64,000 bases of DNA from Polyangiaceae bacterium (GTDB lineage Bacteria; Myxococcota_A; Polyangia; Polyangiales; Polyangiaceae), in NCBI GenBank assembly GCA_050298815.1, contig JBNKUV010000104.1, positions 21,631 to 85,630 of the forward strand. Direction: 5' to 3'. The notes under the pieces are model-generated. The model was not told where the DNA came from and made no database searches. It saw only the letters and a list, made by a program, of their open reading frames with translations. Made by a program: the position numbers and the translations under genes. Shown one piece after another: positions 44,653 through 53,977 of the stretch; positions within the stretch are counted from its first letter, which is position 1; each line of letters starts with the position of its first letter.

Positions 44653-46533
44653 CTAGCGCTGCACGTATCGAACTTCGGTGTCCAAGTGCGCTGGCACGCT
44701 ATCACTGGCGAGCTGGTGCTGGAGCTCTCGCCACTGTTTGCTGCCTTTGTTTACTTTGCGTCGCTTGGTTCCGAGATTCGGGAACTCGAGGCTTCCAAAA
44801 AGGTCACCCACCGGAATCGTGGCTTGCGGGATCCACAGTGTCACCTCGAAGACGTCCGAGTAGAACGGTTGGGCGTTTATGTTCAGCGTGCCCTTTACTC
44901 CGGGCACGACCTCGAGATCGAGCGCGTATTCCGCATCCGATAGGCGATAGCCGAAGGACTTCGTTCCAGGTTCTTCCAATGCCGGTAGTTCGGTCACGAA
45001 GTGGCGAGAGCTTTCTTGGTTGAAGGTGAGGCGATGGGTCAGCTCGTCGTTCCCAGCGCGCTGGCTGACGACCTCTTCGTCGTCGAACAGCGATTCGTAG
45101 TCCAGGCTGATGCTACCATCTCCTGTCAGCAGCATTCCGAGCTGCGCCTCGCCGTGAACGATGCCAGCAAAGTTGATGTTCGTGCGGGTGACGTTGGAGG
45201 GGATCCAGAACTCGATGCCGCAGTTCGAGCCGCAGCTCTCTCCCAACGGTGGGGTGAAGTTCTGGCCGTGGTCGAACACCGGGTCCTTCGGGAACGTCTC
45301 ATCCACCTTGATCAAGCCGAAGCCGAATTCGAGGTCGATAGTCATGTAGGCACTGGCTGTCGCTACGAACTCGTCCCCCTCGTAGACTTCGTCTGCTGGA
45401 ACACCAGCGGCCTCGTAGAAGGCAGCGTCGCCGTCCACAGTCTCGACGGAGAGGTCGGTCTCGAACTCGCCGTCCACGTCTTCGGACCCGTGCAGGACGA
45501 TGCTGGTCGGCGACATCGTGCCGGTCACTTCAAACGGGAACCGGATCCCGAGGGCGAAGTAGACTCCTGCGCCGAGCGTCAAGTGTCCGTCAGCCAAACT
45601 CCAAGTCTCGTCCCAATACCAGCCGTCACCAACTTGAAAACCTGCGACGAACTTGCTCACCGTCGTGGCTTCTCCCCAAGTGTACGGGTCCTGCTCCGGG
45701 ACGTCGTTCGGTATAGTGGCTTGTAGGCCCATGCTGGTGGACTCGAGTGGCACCTTGGTGTCCACCGCGAACGGCAACTTCAAGGGGCGCGTCTCTTCGT
45801 AGTCCAAACCCTTTCCGCTGCCCTTGTAGCTCGGTACCATCAAGTTCTGCCCCTGGCGCTCGAGGGCTCCACGTTTGGGCATTCGAACGACGGAGGTGAC
45901 CAGGACGTTGCCCAGCCCCCGGATGACTGCGTCGAGCAGCGCCTGGTCGCCTTGTCCTGCTGCAACCTTCAGCGGGTGGTCGTCGGGTTCGTCGCGCAGA
46001 CTGCGCTTGAGTGCGTTGAACTTTTCTCGTTGCTCGGCGTTGAAGTCTGTCACGAACGCCGTGCCGGGTTTCGTGCCTCGGCGAAAGTTCGAGAATCGCT
46101 TGGAACTCTCGCGCAGTTGCTTAGGATCGCGAACGACGAACGCGGTGCTCGCTTCGAGGACGACTTCCCGATCGGTTTCGACGAAGCGTTCTCGCGTGAC
46201 GGGTTCACCGAACAACGCGTCGGGTACACGTTCCAGCTCGTCCGTGAGCTCATGGTGACGAGCGAGGGATGCTTGGGCGGCTTCCGATACCAACAGGATG
46301 TCGCCATTTTCGAGTTCGAGGGGTGTGTCGCCGATGGCCTCCAGAGAGACCTCCCGCAGGATCGTACTTGGGTCGAGCTTGTCGGCACCAACCAGGGGCT
46401 TGTTGCTCGCGCTGGCGGTTGGGCTCAGGGCTTGTTGTAGGTTATCTGCTTCAGAGTCCGTGACGGGAGCCCCACAAGCACCGAGGAGCAGACTTGTGGC
46501 AAGGAGGGCCGGGACGAGAGTGATAGTTCGCAT
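44653..46533 (-). CDS. Large hypothetical lipoprotein
   Basis: MRTITLVPALLATSLLLGACGAP lipobox. No recognisable domain. The track ORF extends to 46593. Confidence 0.55.
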   Translation of the reverse strand: MRTITLVPALLATSLLLGACGAPVTDSEADNLQQALSPTASASNKPLVGADKLDPSTILREVSLEAIGDTPLELENGDILLVSEAAQASLARHHELTDELERVPDALFGEPVTRERFVETDREVVLEASTAFVVRDPKQLRESSKRFSNFRRGTKPGTAFVTDFNAEQREKFNALKRSLRDEPDDHPLKVAAGQGDQALLDAVIRGLGNVLVTSVVRMPKRGALERQGQNLMVPSYKGSGKGLDYEETRPLKLPFAVDTKVPLESTSMGLQATIPNDVPEQDPYTWGEATTVSKFVAGFQVGDGWYWDETWSLADGHLTLGAGVYFALGIRFPFEVTGTMSPTSIVLHGSEDVDGEFETDLSVETVDGDAAFYEAAGVPADEVYEGDEFVATASAYMTIDLEFGFGLIKVDETFPKDPVFDHGQNFTPPLGESCGSNCGIEFWIPSNVTRTNINFAGIVHGEAQLGMLLTGDGSISLDYESLFDDEEVVSQRAGNDELTHRLTFNQESSRHFVTELPALEEPGTKSFGYRLSDAEYALDLEVVPGVKGTLNINAQPFYSDVFEVTLWIPQATIPVGDLFGSLEFPNLGTKRRKVNKGSKQWRELQHQLASDSVPAHLDTEVRYVQR

Positions 46534-46792
46534 GGTTCGCACGTTTCGCTTTCTTGTTCGTGGTTGGCGGGGAGGGGCGAGCCCCTCGGACAACCGCTAA
46601 GAGCAACGCGGGTGCCAACCAGGGATGGCGACCGGTGTGACTTGTAAGTTGCTGAAAATATGATGCAAATAGGCGCGGTGCTCCCACGCGCCGCCCCTGC
46701 GTTGCATCCACTCGAACAGTTCGTGGACTGTTCTCGAACGCTTCGTCGTCGTCTACCCGCGCCCGCGAGATAGAGCGAGGTGACGGCGAATA

Positions 46793-47530
46793 GTGGCACG
46801 GCATATTCCAGTCGAATCGACTTCTCACTTGCCGATGCGCCGTCGTAGGTGCATGTGTGCCGTCTGCTCGTGCTTGCAGCCGGCGTCGGCTTCTCGCATT
46901 CTCTCGGGGGAAGGCTGGAAAGATTTGGGAACGTTATATCTCGTCGCGTTGTGCATTGGGTTGGGCACGATCATCGTTCAGCTGATGCTGTCCGCCGACA
47001 AAGACGTCTCCCACGGCGCTTTCGACATGGACGGGGATGTGCACGCAGGTGGCGACGCCCTGGTCGACGTCGATGCGGACCACGGGGACGATGTGGCTCA
47101 TGGCATGGCGCCTCTGGCAATCCTCTTGAGCCTACGTTTCTGGACCTTCGCACTGATGGCGTTCGGCATGTTTGGCAGCTTCATGCACTTCCTGGATCTG
47201 GCGGCGCCGATGGTGACGGTGGGTTCGGCTGCCGTACTCGGCTTTGTCAGCGGGTGGCTTGCGAGTTGGACGTTCTTCAAGCTGTCCAGCTCGGTCCCGA
47301 ACTCTGGTGCTGACTCCACGGAGTTGCTGGGGCAGGTGGGCAAGGTGATCCTGCCGCCGAATGAGGCGGGGCGAAGCAAAGTGCGCTTCCGCGTCAAAGG
47401 TCAAATCATCGACTATTTGGCCACTGCCGATGACGTTCTCCAGCCTGGCGCCAGCGTCATGGTGGAGGAGGTGCGTGGCGAGCAGGTGCACGTTTCAGCC
47501 GCGCCCGCTGGGCTCGAGTACACCGAGTAG
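46793..47530 (+). CDS. NfeD-like membrane protein
   Basis: Hydrophobic N-terminal half. The C-terminal OB-like LLGQVGKVILPPNEAGRSKVRFRVKGQIIDYLATADDVLQPGASVMVEEVRGEQVHV. The start is uncertain (possible TTG at 46925). Confidence 0.6.
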   Translation: MARHIPVESTSHLPMRRRRCMCAVCSCLQPASASRILSGEGWKDLGTLYLVALCIGLGTIIVQLMLSADKDVSHGAFDMDGDVHAGGDALVDVDADHGDDVAHGMAPLAILLSLRFWTFALMAFGMFGSFMHFLDLAAPMVTVGSAAVLGFVSGWLASWTFFKLSSSVPNSGADSTELLGQVGKVILPPNEAGRSKVRFRVKGQIIDYLATADDVLQPGASVMVEEVRGEQVHVSAAPAGLEYTE

Positions 47531-47753
47531 GCAGCGAGGGATTGGGTTCCGCCACGCAGGCAACACATCCCGCGTCGCTCCCGCCCTCCGTGCGACCGCT
47601 GCTGGGGTGGGGCGCCTGCCTACACGCCGGGCAGCCGAGTCGTGCGATGCGAGTGGAGTGCGGCGGCGGCCAGGCTTTGCAAGCGCAAGAAAACGCGAGA
47701 GACTCCGCGTCGGGCGAATACTCGCAGAGCAGAAAGGGCAGGTAGGGGAGCAG

Positions 47754-49055
47754 ATGGATTCATCGATGGAACGCTTACTCAACGAGGTCGATTGGGGATT
47801 GGTGGTCATGGCGGGCTTCGGCGTCGTCACGGTGATCACCATCATCGTCGTGACCATCTCCAAAGTGCTCTGTATTTGCGGTCCGAACGAGATCTTGGTG
47901 ATCAGTGGTCGCACGCAAACGCTGCCGGATGGGTCCACGGTCGGCTACCAGATATTGCACGGCGGTCGCGGTCTGCGCATTCCGGTCATCGAAGAGATCA
48001 ACCGAATGGACATTCGTTTGATCCCGGTGATTGTCGAAGTGCAAAACGCGTTCTCCAAAGGCGGCATTCCGCTCGTGGTTCACGCAGTCGCCAACGTCAA
48101 GATCACGACGGATAAGTCGAAGATCAGGAATGCCATCGAGCGCTTGCTGACGCTCTCACCCCGACAGATTGGGTCGATTGCGCAGCAGACTCTGGAAGGC
48201 GCGTTGCGCGAAGTCGTGGCGGAACTCACCCCAGAAGAGGTGAATCAGGACCGCTTGAAGTTCGCTGAAACCTTGATGCGCAATGCGAAGGACGACTTCG
48301 ACAAGCTCGGCCTAGAGCTCGACGTGCTGAAGATCCAAAGCGTGTCGGACGAGCAAGGCTACCTCAAGAGCATGGGGCGAGCTCGAATTGCACGCATGGT
48401 GCGTGACGCAGAGAACGCGGAAAACACCTCCAAGCAGGCGATCGCCGAAGCGACCGCCGCTGCCAAGCAGCGTTCGCAGACTGCTGCAAAGCAAGCAGAG
48501 GCCAGAGTACTGACCCGGCGAAATGAACTGCGCGCCGTGGAGGCCCAGCTGGAAGCGGAGGCAAAGGCCGTCGAGAACGAGGCGGCCGTAGCCGCTGAGA
48601 CAGCTCGCGCTCAGGCCGACCAAGAGCTTCAAGGGTTGCGCGCGGAGTTGGAAAAAGAACGACTGGTGGCGGATGTTTTTCTCCCTGCTGAGGCCTCTCG
48701 CCTCGCGGAGCAGGAGCGCGCGAAGGCCGAAGCCGCACCGGTCATCGAATCTGGCAAGGCGTCTGCCGAGGCGTTGAAACTCGTTGCGACCGCGTGGACA
48801 GACGCAGGTCAAGCTGGGCGGGACCTATATGTTTTGCAGCACTTGCGTGAGTTCGTCGAAGCTGCCACTCAGCGTGTGCAAGGAGCAAGCATTGCAGAGC
48901 TCAATGTTGTCGACGGTGGAGACGGCAAGAGCTACGCGAACGCAATCGCGATGTATCCGGCGGCAGTCGCCGAGGTGCTGCGCGAAACGGGGAAAGCATT
49001 CGGTGTGGATATGGCGGCGCTCTTGCGTCAGTCAAACCTGGGAGGAAATAGCTGA
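47754..49055 (+). CDS. Flotillin/SPFH-domain protein
   Basis: N-terminal TM, PNEILVISGR..., SPFH core, and a long Ala/Glu-rich coiled coil. ATG at 47754 with GGGGAG upstream. The track ORF start at 47361 is over-extended. Confidence 0.8.
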   Translation: MDSSMERLLNEVDWGLVVMAGFGVVTVITIIVVTISKVLCICGPNEILVISGRTQTLPDGSTVGYQILHGGRGLRIPVIEEINRMDIRLIPVIVEVQNAFSKGGIPLVVHAVANVKITTDKSKIRNAIERLLTLSPRQIGSIAQQTLEGALREVVAELTPEEVNQDRLKFAETLMRNAKDDFDKLGLELDVLKIQSVSDEQGYLKSMGRARIARMVRDAENAENTSKQAIAEATAAAKQRSQTAAKQAEARVLTRRNELRAVEAQLEAEAKAVENEAAVAAETARAQADQELQGLRAELEKERLVADVFLPAEASRLAEQERAKAEAAPVIESGKASAEALKLVATAWTDAGQAGRDLYVLQHLREFVEAATQRVQGASIAELNVVDGGDGKSYANAIAMYPAAVAEVLRETGKAFGVDMAALLRQSNLGGNS

Positions 49056-50287
49056 TGTTCTTGGCATTTGGAGGCGGCGTCGTCGTCTTTGTCATCGTCA
49101 TTCTGTTCATCTATTTGATGATCACGAAGCTCCTGTACGTTGCCACACCCAACGAGGTTCTCGTGTTCAGCGGAACCACACGCACGATCAATGGGCGCAC
49201 GTTGCCCTACCGATTCGTTCGCGGTGGTCGTTCGTTGCGGAAACCACTCATCGAAAAGGTAGAGCGCCTGGACCTGAGCATGTTCACGGTGATGGTGAAC
49301 GTTGAACAAGCCTTCACCAAGGGTGGCATTCCCTTGAACGTCCAAGGCGTTGCCAACGTGAAGCTGCCGGGTGAGGAGCCGCTGCTCACCAATGCAGTGG
49401 TTCGCTTCTTGGGTCGTTCGCGTCAAGAGATCTACCACATCGCCAAGGAGACGTTGGAAGGCAACCTACGCGGTGTGCTCGCGAGCCTCACGCCGGAAGA
49501 AGTCAACGAAGACAAAGTGCGATTCGCTCAGACACTCGTAGAAGAAGCCGAGCACGACATGAATCGGATCGGTTTGGTGCTCGACACCCTGAAGATCCAG
49601 AACGTCTACGATAGCGTGAATTACCTGTCGTCGATCGGTCGCATTCGGTCAGCTGGGCTCAACCAGCAGCAGGCCACCGGGGAGGTGGAAGCCCAAGCCG
49701 ACGCCGAAGTGCAACAGGCTGCGAACTGGGCGGCGTCCGAGGTTGCCAAGCTCGACGCTCAAATCGAGATCGCTCGCCAGGAAACGGCCAAGCGCATTGC
49801 GGACGCACGCAGTCGGCGAGAGGCGTTGATTATGGAAGCGCGCGGTGAGGTGTCTGCGCGTCAGGCGGAAGTCAGCGCCGATATCGAGCGTCAGCGTGCC
49901 CGCGCCCTCCAGGTCAAGCGTCAGCTCGAAGCTGACGTCGTCCAGCCAGCTGTCGCGGCGCGGCAGGCAGCCGAGGAGGCCGCGCGCGGTGCTGCCGCGC
50001 AGACCATCGAACGTGGCCGAGCGGAAGCCGAATCCCTTGGGAAATTGGTCGACGCCTACCGGGTCGGCGGCCCCGGCGCGCGGGACGTGCTGGTGCTGCA
50101 GAACCTGCTTCCGCTCTTGAACGAAGTGTCCGGCGCGAACCAAAAGCTCGTGTTGAGCAAGGTCAGCTTCCTGCCCGGCAATGCACCGGGCTCGGATCTC
50201 GCGCGCACGACGGTCGGCGCCGCCGAACAAGTCCAGGCTGCCACCGGTGTGGACCTGGGCCGGATAGCGCGTCGTCTGGGCGGATGA
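49055..50287 (+). CDS. Second flotillin/SPFH-domain protein
   Basis: TM, PNEVLVFSG..., SPFH core and coiled coil. Its ATG overlaps the upstream TGA by 1 nt. Confidence 0.8.
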   Translation: MFLAFGGGVVVFVIVILFIYLMITKLLYVATPNEVLVFSGTTRTINGRTLPYRFVRGGRSLRKPLIEKVERLDLSMFTVMVNVEQAFTKGGIPLNVQGVANVKLPGEEPLLTNAVVRFLGRSRQEIYHIAKETLEGNLRGVLASLTPEEVNEDKVRFAQTLVEEAEHDMNRIGLVLDTLKIQNVYDSVNYLSSIGRIRSAGLNQQQATGEVEAQADAEVQQAANWAASEVAKLDAQIEIARQETAKRIADARSRREALIMEARGEVSARQAEVSADIERQRARALQVKRQLEADVVQPAVAARQAAEEAARGAAAQTIERGRAEAESLGKLVDAYRVGGPGARDVLVLQNLLPLLNEVSGANQKLVLSKVSFLPGNAPGSDLARTTVGAAEQVQAATGVDLGRIARRLGG

Positions 50288-50355
50288 GGCGGAGGAGCAG
50301 GAGTGCCACGGTCTTCGAGTCGCGAGGACCGTGGCGTCGGAGAATCACGCTCTGC

Positions 50356-51699
50356 TTAGCGCTGGAACTCGTAGACGCTTCCCAATTGAAGTATTCCCGT
50401 CAGCTCATCCAACGCACGTCTGCATTCGAATAGTAGCTCAGGATCGCTCAAGTCTGCGGGCGCCAAACGGTCTCTGTAGTGCGTTTCGATCCAGCGCTCC
50501 AAGGCGCTCGCCAGTGCATCATCCAACAAGACGCGTGCGCCCAGCCGCCCCCGTTCCTCCTCGGTGAGCACCACCCGCAACCGCAAGCACGCCGGGCCCC
50601 CGCCGTTGGCCATCGATTGCCGCACGTCGAGATACTCGACGCGAGCGACGGCGTTATCCTCCGACACCACACGCTCCAGGAATCGTCGCGTCGAGGTCGT
50701 CTCTTCGGATTCGAGTGGGGCGATGATGCACATTTCACCCCCCGGCAGAGTCACGACCTGAGAGTTGAAGGGGTAACTGGCGATGGCGTCTGCAACAGGC
50801 AACTCGGTGTCTCTGGCCAACACATATCGAAATGAGGGGCCGATGTGCTGGCCCAGGAGTTCGACGAGCCGCTGGTGTTCGACGAAGGCGAGCTCGTGCA
50901 GCATGAAAAAGTCTTCATTCCCCACGGCGAGCACATCGGTGTGAAACGCCCCGTGGTCGATCCCCGATGGGTGCTGCTGCCAGAACACGACCTGGGCCGA
51001 GCGCAGCTGCTGCAGTCGAGCCACCGCCTGGCTGGCACCCAACGATTGGCGCGCTGGGTGCTTTAGGGGTTTCGCGGTGCGCCCTTCGGGGTCTTGGCCC
51101 CAAGCGAACAGGTGAGCGCTCCCCAAAGAGCTGCTCAGACGTGTATGATTGGCGGCACCTTCGTCTCCAAATCCGGGGAGAGCCGGCAGTGCTTCGTGCA
51201 CGACGAATGCTCCCTCGTCGGCAAAAATGCGGCTCAGGATCCTCGTGGTGCTGCGTGACTCGATGCTTCGGTGAAATAGGCTGGTTAGGTTGGCTGGGAC
51301 GATGTGAACACGCCCATCCAGGGTGTCGTCGCTTGGGGCGACCGTCGCAGCGTTTGCCGTCCACATGCAAGAAGCGCTGCTACAACGCACGAGGAGGTGA
51401 GCGGCCTGCTTGGCGGCTTTCTCGATGACACGCCGATCGTCGCCAACGAAGCCGAGTCGTTTCAGCGTGGCGACGTCGGGGCGCTCTTGCGGAGGCAATA
51501 CGGCTTGGGGCACGCCCAGCTTCGCCAGGTGCCGCATCTTGCGCAGGCCTTCGAGGGCTGCCTGTTTCGGGTTTGCGACTTGCCCGCCGTGACCGATGCT
51601 CGCCAGGTTGCCAGGCGAAAGGCCGGCATAGTTGTGAGTGGGACCAACCAATCCGTCGAAGTTCACCTCCGCCGCGTTGTTGGTCGTTGGTGCGGGCAT
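50356..51699 (-). CDS. astB: N-succinylarginine dihydrolase
   Basis: EVNFDGLVGPTHNYAGLSPGNLAS signature; 447 aa. Confidence 0.85.
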   Translation of the reverse strand: MPAPTTNNAAEVNFDGLVGPTHNYAGLSPGNLASIGHGGQVANPKQAALEGLRKMRHLAKLGVPQAVLPPQERPDVATLKRLGFVGDDRRVIEKAAKQAAHLLVRCSSASCMWTANAATVAPSDDTLDGRVHIVPANLTSLFHRSIESRSTTRILSRIFADEGAFVVHEALPALPGFGDEGAANHTRLSSSLGSAHLFAWGQDPEGRTAKPLKHPARQSLGASQAVARLQQLRSAQVVFWQQHPSGIDHGAFHTDVLAVGNEDFFMLHELAFVEHQRLVELLGQHIGPSFRYVLARDTELPVADAIASYPFNSQVVTLPGGEMCIIAPLESEETTSTRRFLERVVSEDNAVARVEYLDVRQSMANGGGPACLRLRVVLTEEERGRLGARVLLDDALASALERWIETHYRDRLAPADLSDPELLFECRRALDELTGILQLGSVYEFQR

Positions 51700-51711
51700 G
51701 GCGTAGTTCCC

Positions 51712-52563
51712 TCAAAGGGTTTCTGGCTTGCGCGCCGCGGCCACGGCTTGGGCGACGGCGGGGCGGCTGAAGCCGACGAGGATCTTGCCTCCGACATCGA
51801 TGACGGGGATTGAAGCCCCCATGCGGCCGGCGCTGGCGAGTTTTTTCTGCATCTCAGCACGGGCCGCACGACTCTCCTCGATGTCTTTTTTGGTCACGTC
51901 GACGCCGAGTTTCTTCAGGTAGTTCTCTGCATCGTGGCACGGCTTGCACCAGTCAGCGCCGTAGATGACCGCTCGCACCTTGGCGTTGAGTTTCTTCTCG
52001 TCTTCCGTTGGCTCCTCGCTGGCCCCCGCGGCGGTGCCTGCGGCTTTGGGCACTTCGGGCATTTCCTTGGCCAGCTCGTCCATCCGGACTTTGCGTCGCT
52101 CCGCCCCCAGCTCGTTCCACTGAGCGCGGGTGAGCGTCTTGACGGGGTAGGTGCCGGCGGGTGACTTCTGCGTGAGATCGGCAACGTAGACGAGGCGACC
52201 CGTGCCGTCCGTCTGGGTGGTGACGACCACACGTACTTGGGACCGGCCCTCCTGCGGCACGTCGCTCGGTTTGGGAACGACGTGGAAATCGCCCTTGTCG
52301 TCGATCCAGGTGATGAGCAGATCGGGCGTGTCGTCGCGGAGTTCGAGGGCGGGAAGTTCGTTGGGGGCTGGCGTATCGCCGCTCGTTGCCTCCTGGGTGT
52401 CTTCGGCCGCTGGTGTGGCCTGTTTGCAGGCCGGGACTGCCACGACGAAGACCAGGCTTGCCAGAAGCGCGCCCAAGCGCGCCGCTGTCCGCAAGCGCCC
52501 CGAAGCGGAGCAAAGATTGTCGCTCTGACGAGTCATGGGCCGCGTTCTACTCGATCGTGGCAT
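51712..52563 (-). CDS. Lipoprotein with C-terminal glutaredoxin-like domain
   Basis: LVFVVAVPACKQ lipobox. VIYGADWCKPCHDAENYLKKLGV...IPVIDVGGKILVGF carries the CxxC thioredoxin fold. Confidence 0.65.
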   Translation of the reverse strand: MPRSSRTRPMTRQSDNLCSASGRLRTAARLGALLASLVFVVAVPACKQATPAAEDTQEATSGDTPAPNELPALELRDDTPDLLITWIDDKGDFHVVPKPSDVPQEGRSQVRVVVTTQTDGTGRLVYVADLTQKSPAGTYPVKTLTRAQWNELGAERRKVRMDELAKEMPEVPKAAGTAAGASEEPTEDEKKLNAKVRAVIYGADWCKPCHDAENYLKKLGVDVTKKDIEESRAARAEMQKKLASAGRMGASIPVIDVGGKILVGFSRPAVAQAVAAARKPETL

Positions 52564-52588
52564 CCGTTTTTAGGTGGATGTTGGGGGG

Positions 52589-53440
52589 TCAGTGGGCGTT
52601 GGCATCGCTGCGCGCCGAGTTCGGTGGCGCGTCCGCATCGTCAATGGGCGACCGCCTGAATTTTCCGGCAAGTGCCCGTGCAGTCTCGAACAGACCGATG
52701 AGAACGTAGAAACAGAGCAGCCACAGCAAGACGAACTGCGGGCGCGTGAAGCGCCAGACGAGCACGGAGGACGTGACGGCGCTCATCACCAAGACCGCTG
52801 TTCCAACGTTGAAGTGCAGATCCTTGAAGGAACGAAACTTCACGTTCGAGACCATCAGCAGGCTCAGAACCAGCGTCACCAACGCCACGGCGACGGTGTA
52901 TTTCTCATCGCCCAGCGCCCCCCCCACTGCGTGGTTGGCGAGCAAGAGCGCCACCAGCACGCCGGAGGCTGGAGGGATCGGGAGCCCCGTCGTGAACCTG
53001 CCCGGTTTGACGGGCGTTCCGCTCGCGTTCGAGCTCAGCACGTTGAAACGTGCCAGGCGAATTGCGCCGCACGCCATGAACACGAATGCAATGAAGGCAC
53101 CACCCGGCAGGCGCCACAGCATCCATTTGTACATCAGCAACGACGGAGCCGCGCCAAAGCTCACGATGTCGGCGAGCGAATCGAGCTGCAAGCCAAACGC
53201 GCTCTGAGTGCGGGTCATGCGCGCGATACGACCATCGAGCAGATCGAAGAGCATCGCGAACATCAGCAGAATCGCGGCGCGGTAGAAGTCGTCCACACTG
53301 GGGTTGTCGGTGGCCACGACACGCATGGCGCTGAACCCGCAGAAGATGCTTGCCAGCGTGACCAGATTCGGAAGCACGAACAGTGTCTTCCGGAGGTCGA
53401 TCTGCCGGATCCTGCGCGGCCGCTGTCGTCTTTTTCCCAC
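52589..53440 (-). CDS. pssA: CDP-diacylglycerol--serine O-phosphatidyltransferase
   Basis: DLLDGRIARMTRTQSAFGLQLDSLADIVSFG is the CDP-alcohol phosphatidyltransferase motif DGx2ARx8Gx3Dx3D. Multiple TM segments. Confidence 0.8.
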   Translation of the reverse strand: MGKRRQRPRRIRQIDLRKTLFVLPNLVTLASIFCGFSAMRVVATDNPSVDDFYRAAILLMFAMLFDLLDGRIARMTRTQSAFGLQLDSLADIVSFGAAPSLLMYKWMLWRLPGGAFIAFVFMACGAIRLARFNVLSSNASGTPVKPGRFTTGLPIPPASGVLVALLLANHAVGGALGDEKYTVAVALVTLVLSLLMVSNVKFRSFKDLHFNVGTAVLVMSAVTSSVLVWRFTRPQFVLLWLLCFYVLIGLFETARALAGKFRRSPIDDADAPPNSARSDANAH

Positions 53441-53563
53441 GAAGCCCTAGGCTAGCTACCTGCCGTCAGCGCGTCCAGCTGCGGACGCGACATCTGTTCC
53501 AGGGCTGAGCCGTCTGCGACAAATTTAGCCTGTCGTCGTCGAGCGCTTTAGGATGCCCGCATC

Positions 53564-53977
53564 ATGGGATACACCCGGATTTCCGTTGTCGCTATAACCG
53601 TCCTCCTACCTGCAGTCGTCGTCGGGTGCGCCGGGCAAAGTGAGCAGACGAAGAAGGAAATCCAGGGTTTGCAAGACCGCGTGGCGATCCTTCAAAACGA
53701 GCGAGATCGCCTGGATGAGCGATTGAGTGCGCTCGAGCAGCAACAACAAATCCTGATGACGTCTGCCAAGTCCGAGCCGGCGGTCGCCAACGACGGACGC
53801 CCCCCGCTTCGCGTCGTTCGCCTTTCTCCGGAGGACGCAGGCCAGTCGGCGTCGCCGCCCATCGATCACCAGGACGCACCGATCGCCGCTCCCACGGACG
53901 CCGACGAGACCCGGGTGCTGATCTCCGGAAGTGGTACCGAATTGACGGCGACTCCCGTCAAAGAGGCGAAGAAGTGA
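53564..53977 (+). CDS. Coiled-coil lipoprotein, hypothetical
   Basis: LLPAVVVGCAGQ lipobox; heptad-like IQGLQDRVAILQNERDRLDERLSALEQQQ. Confidence 0.55.
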   Translation: MGYTRISVVAITVLLPAVVVGCAGQSEQTKKEIQGLQDRVAILQNERDRLDERLSALEQQQQILMTSAKSEPAVANDGRPPLRVVRLSPEDAGQSASPPIDHQDAPIAAPTDADETRVLISGSGTELTATPVKEAKK

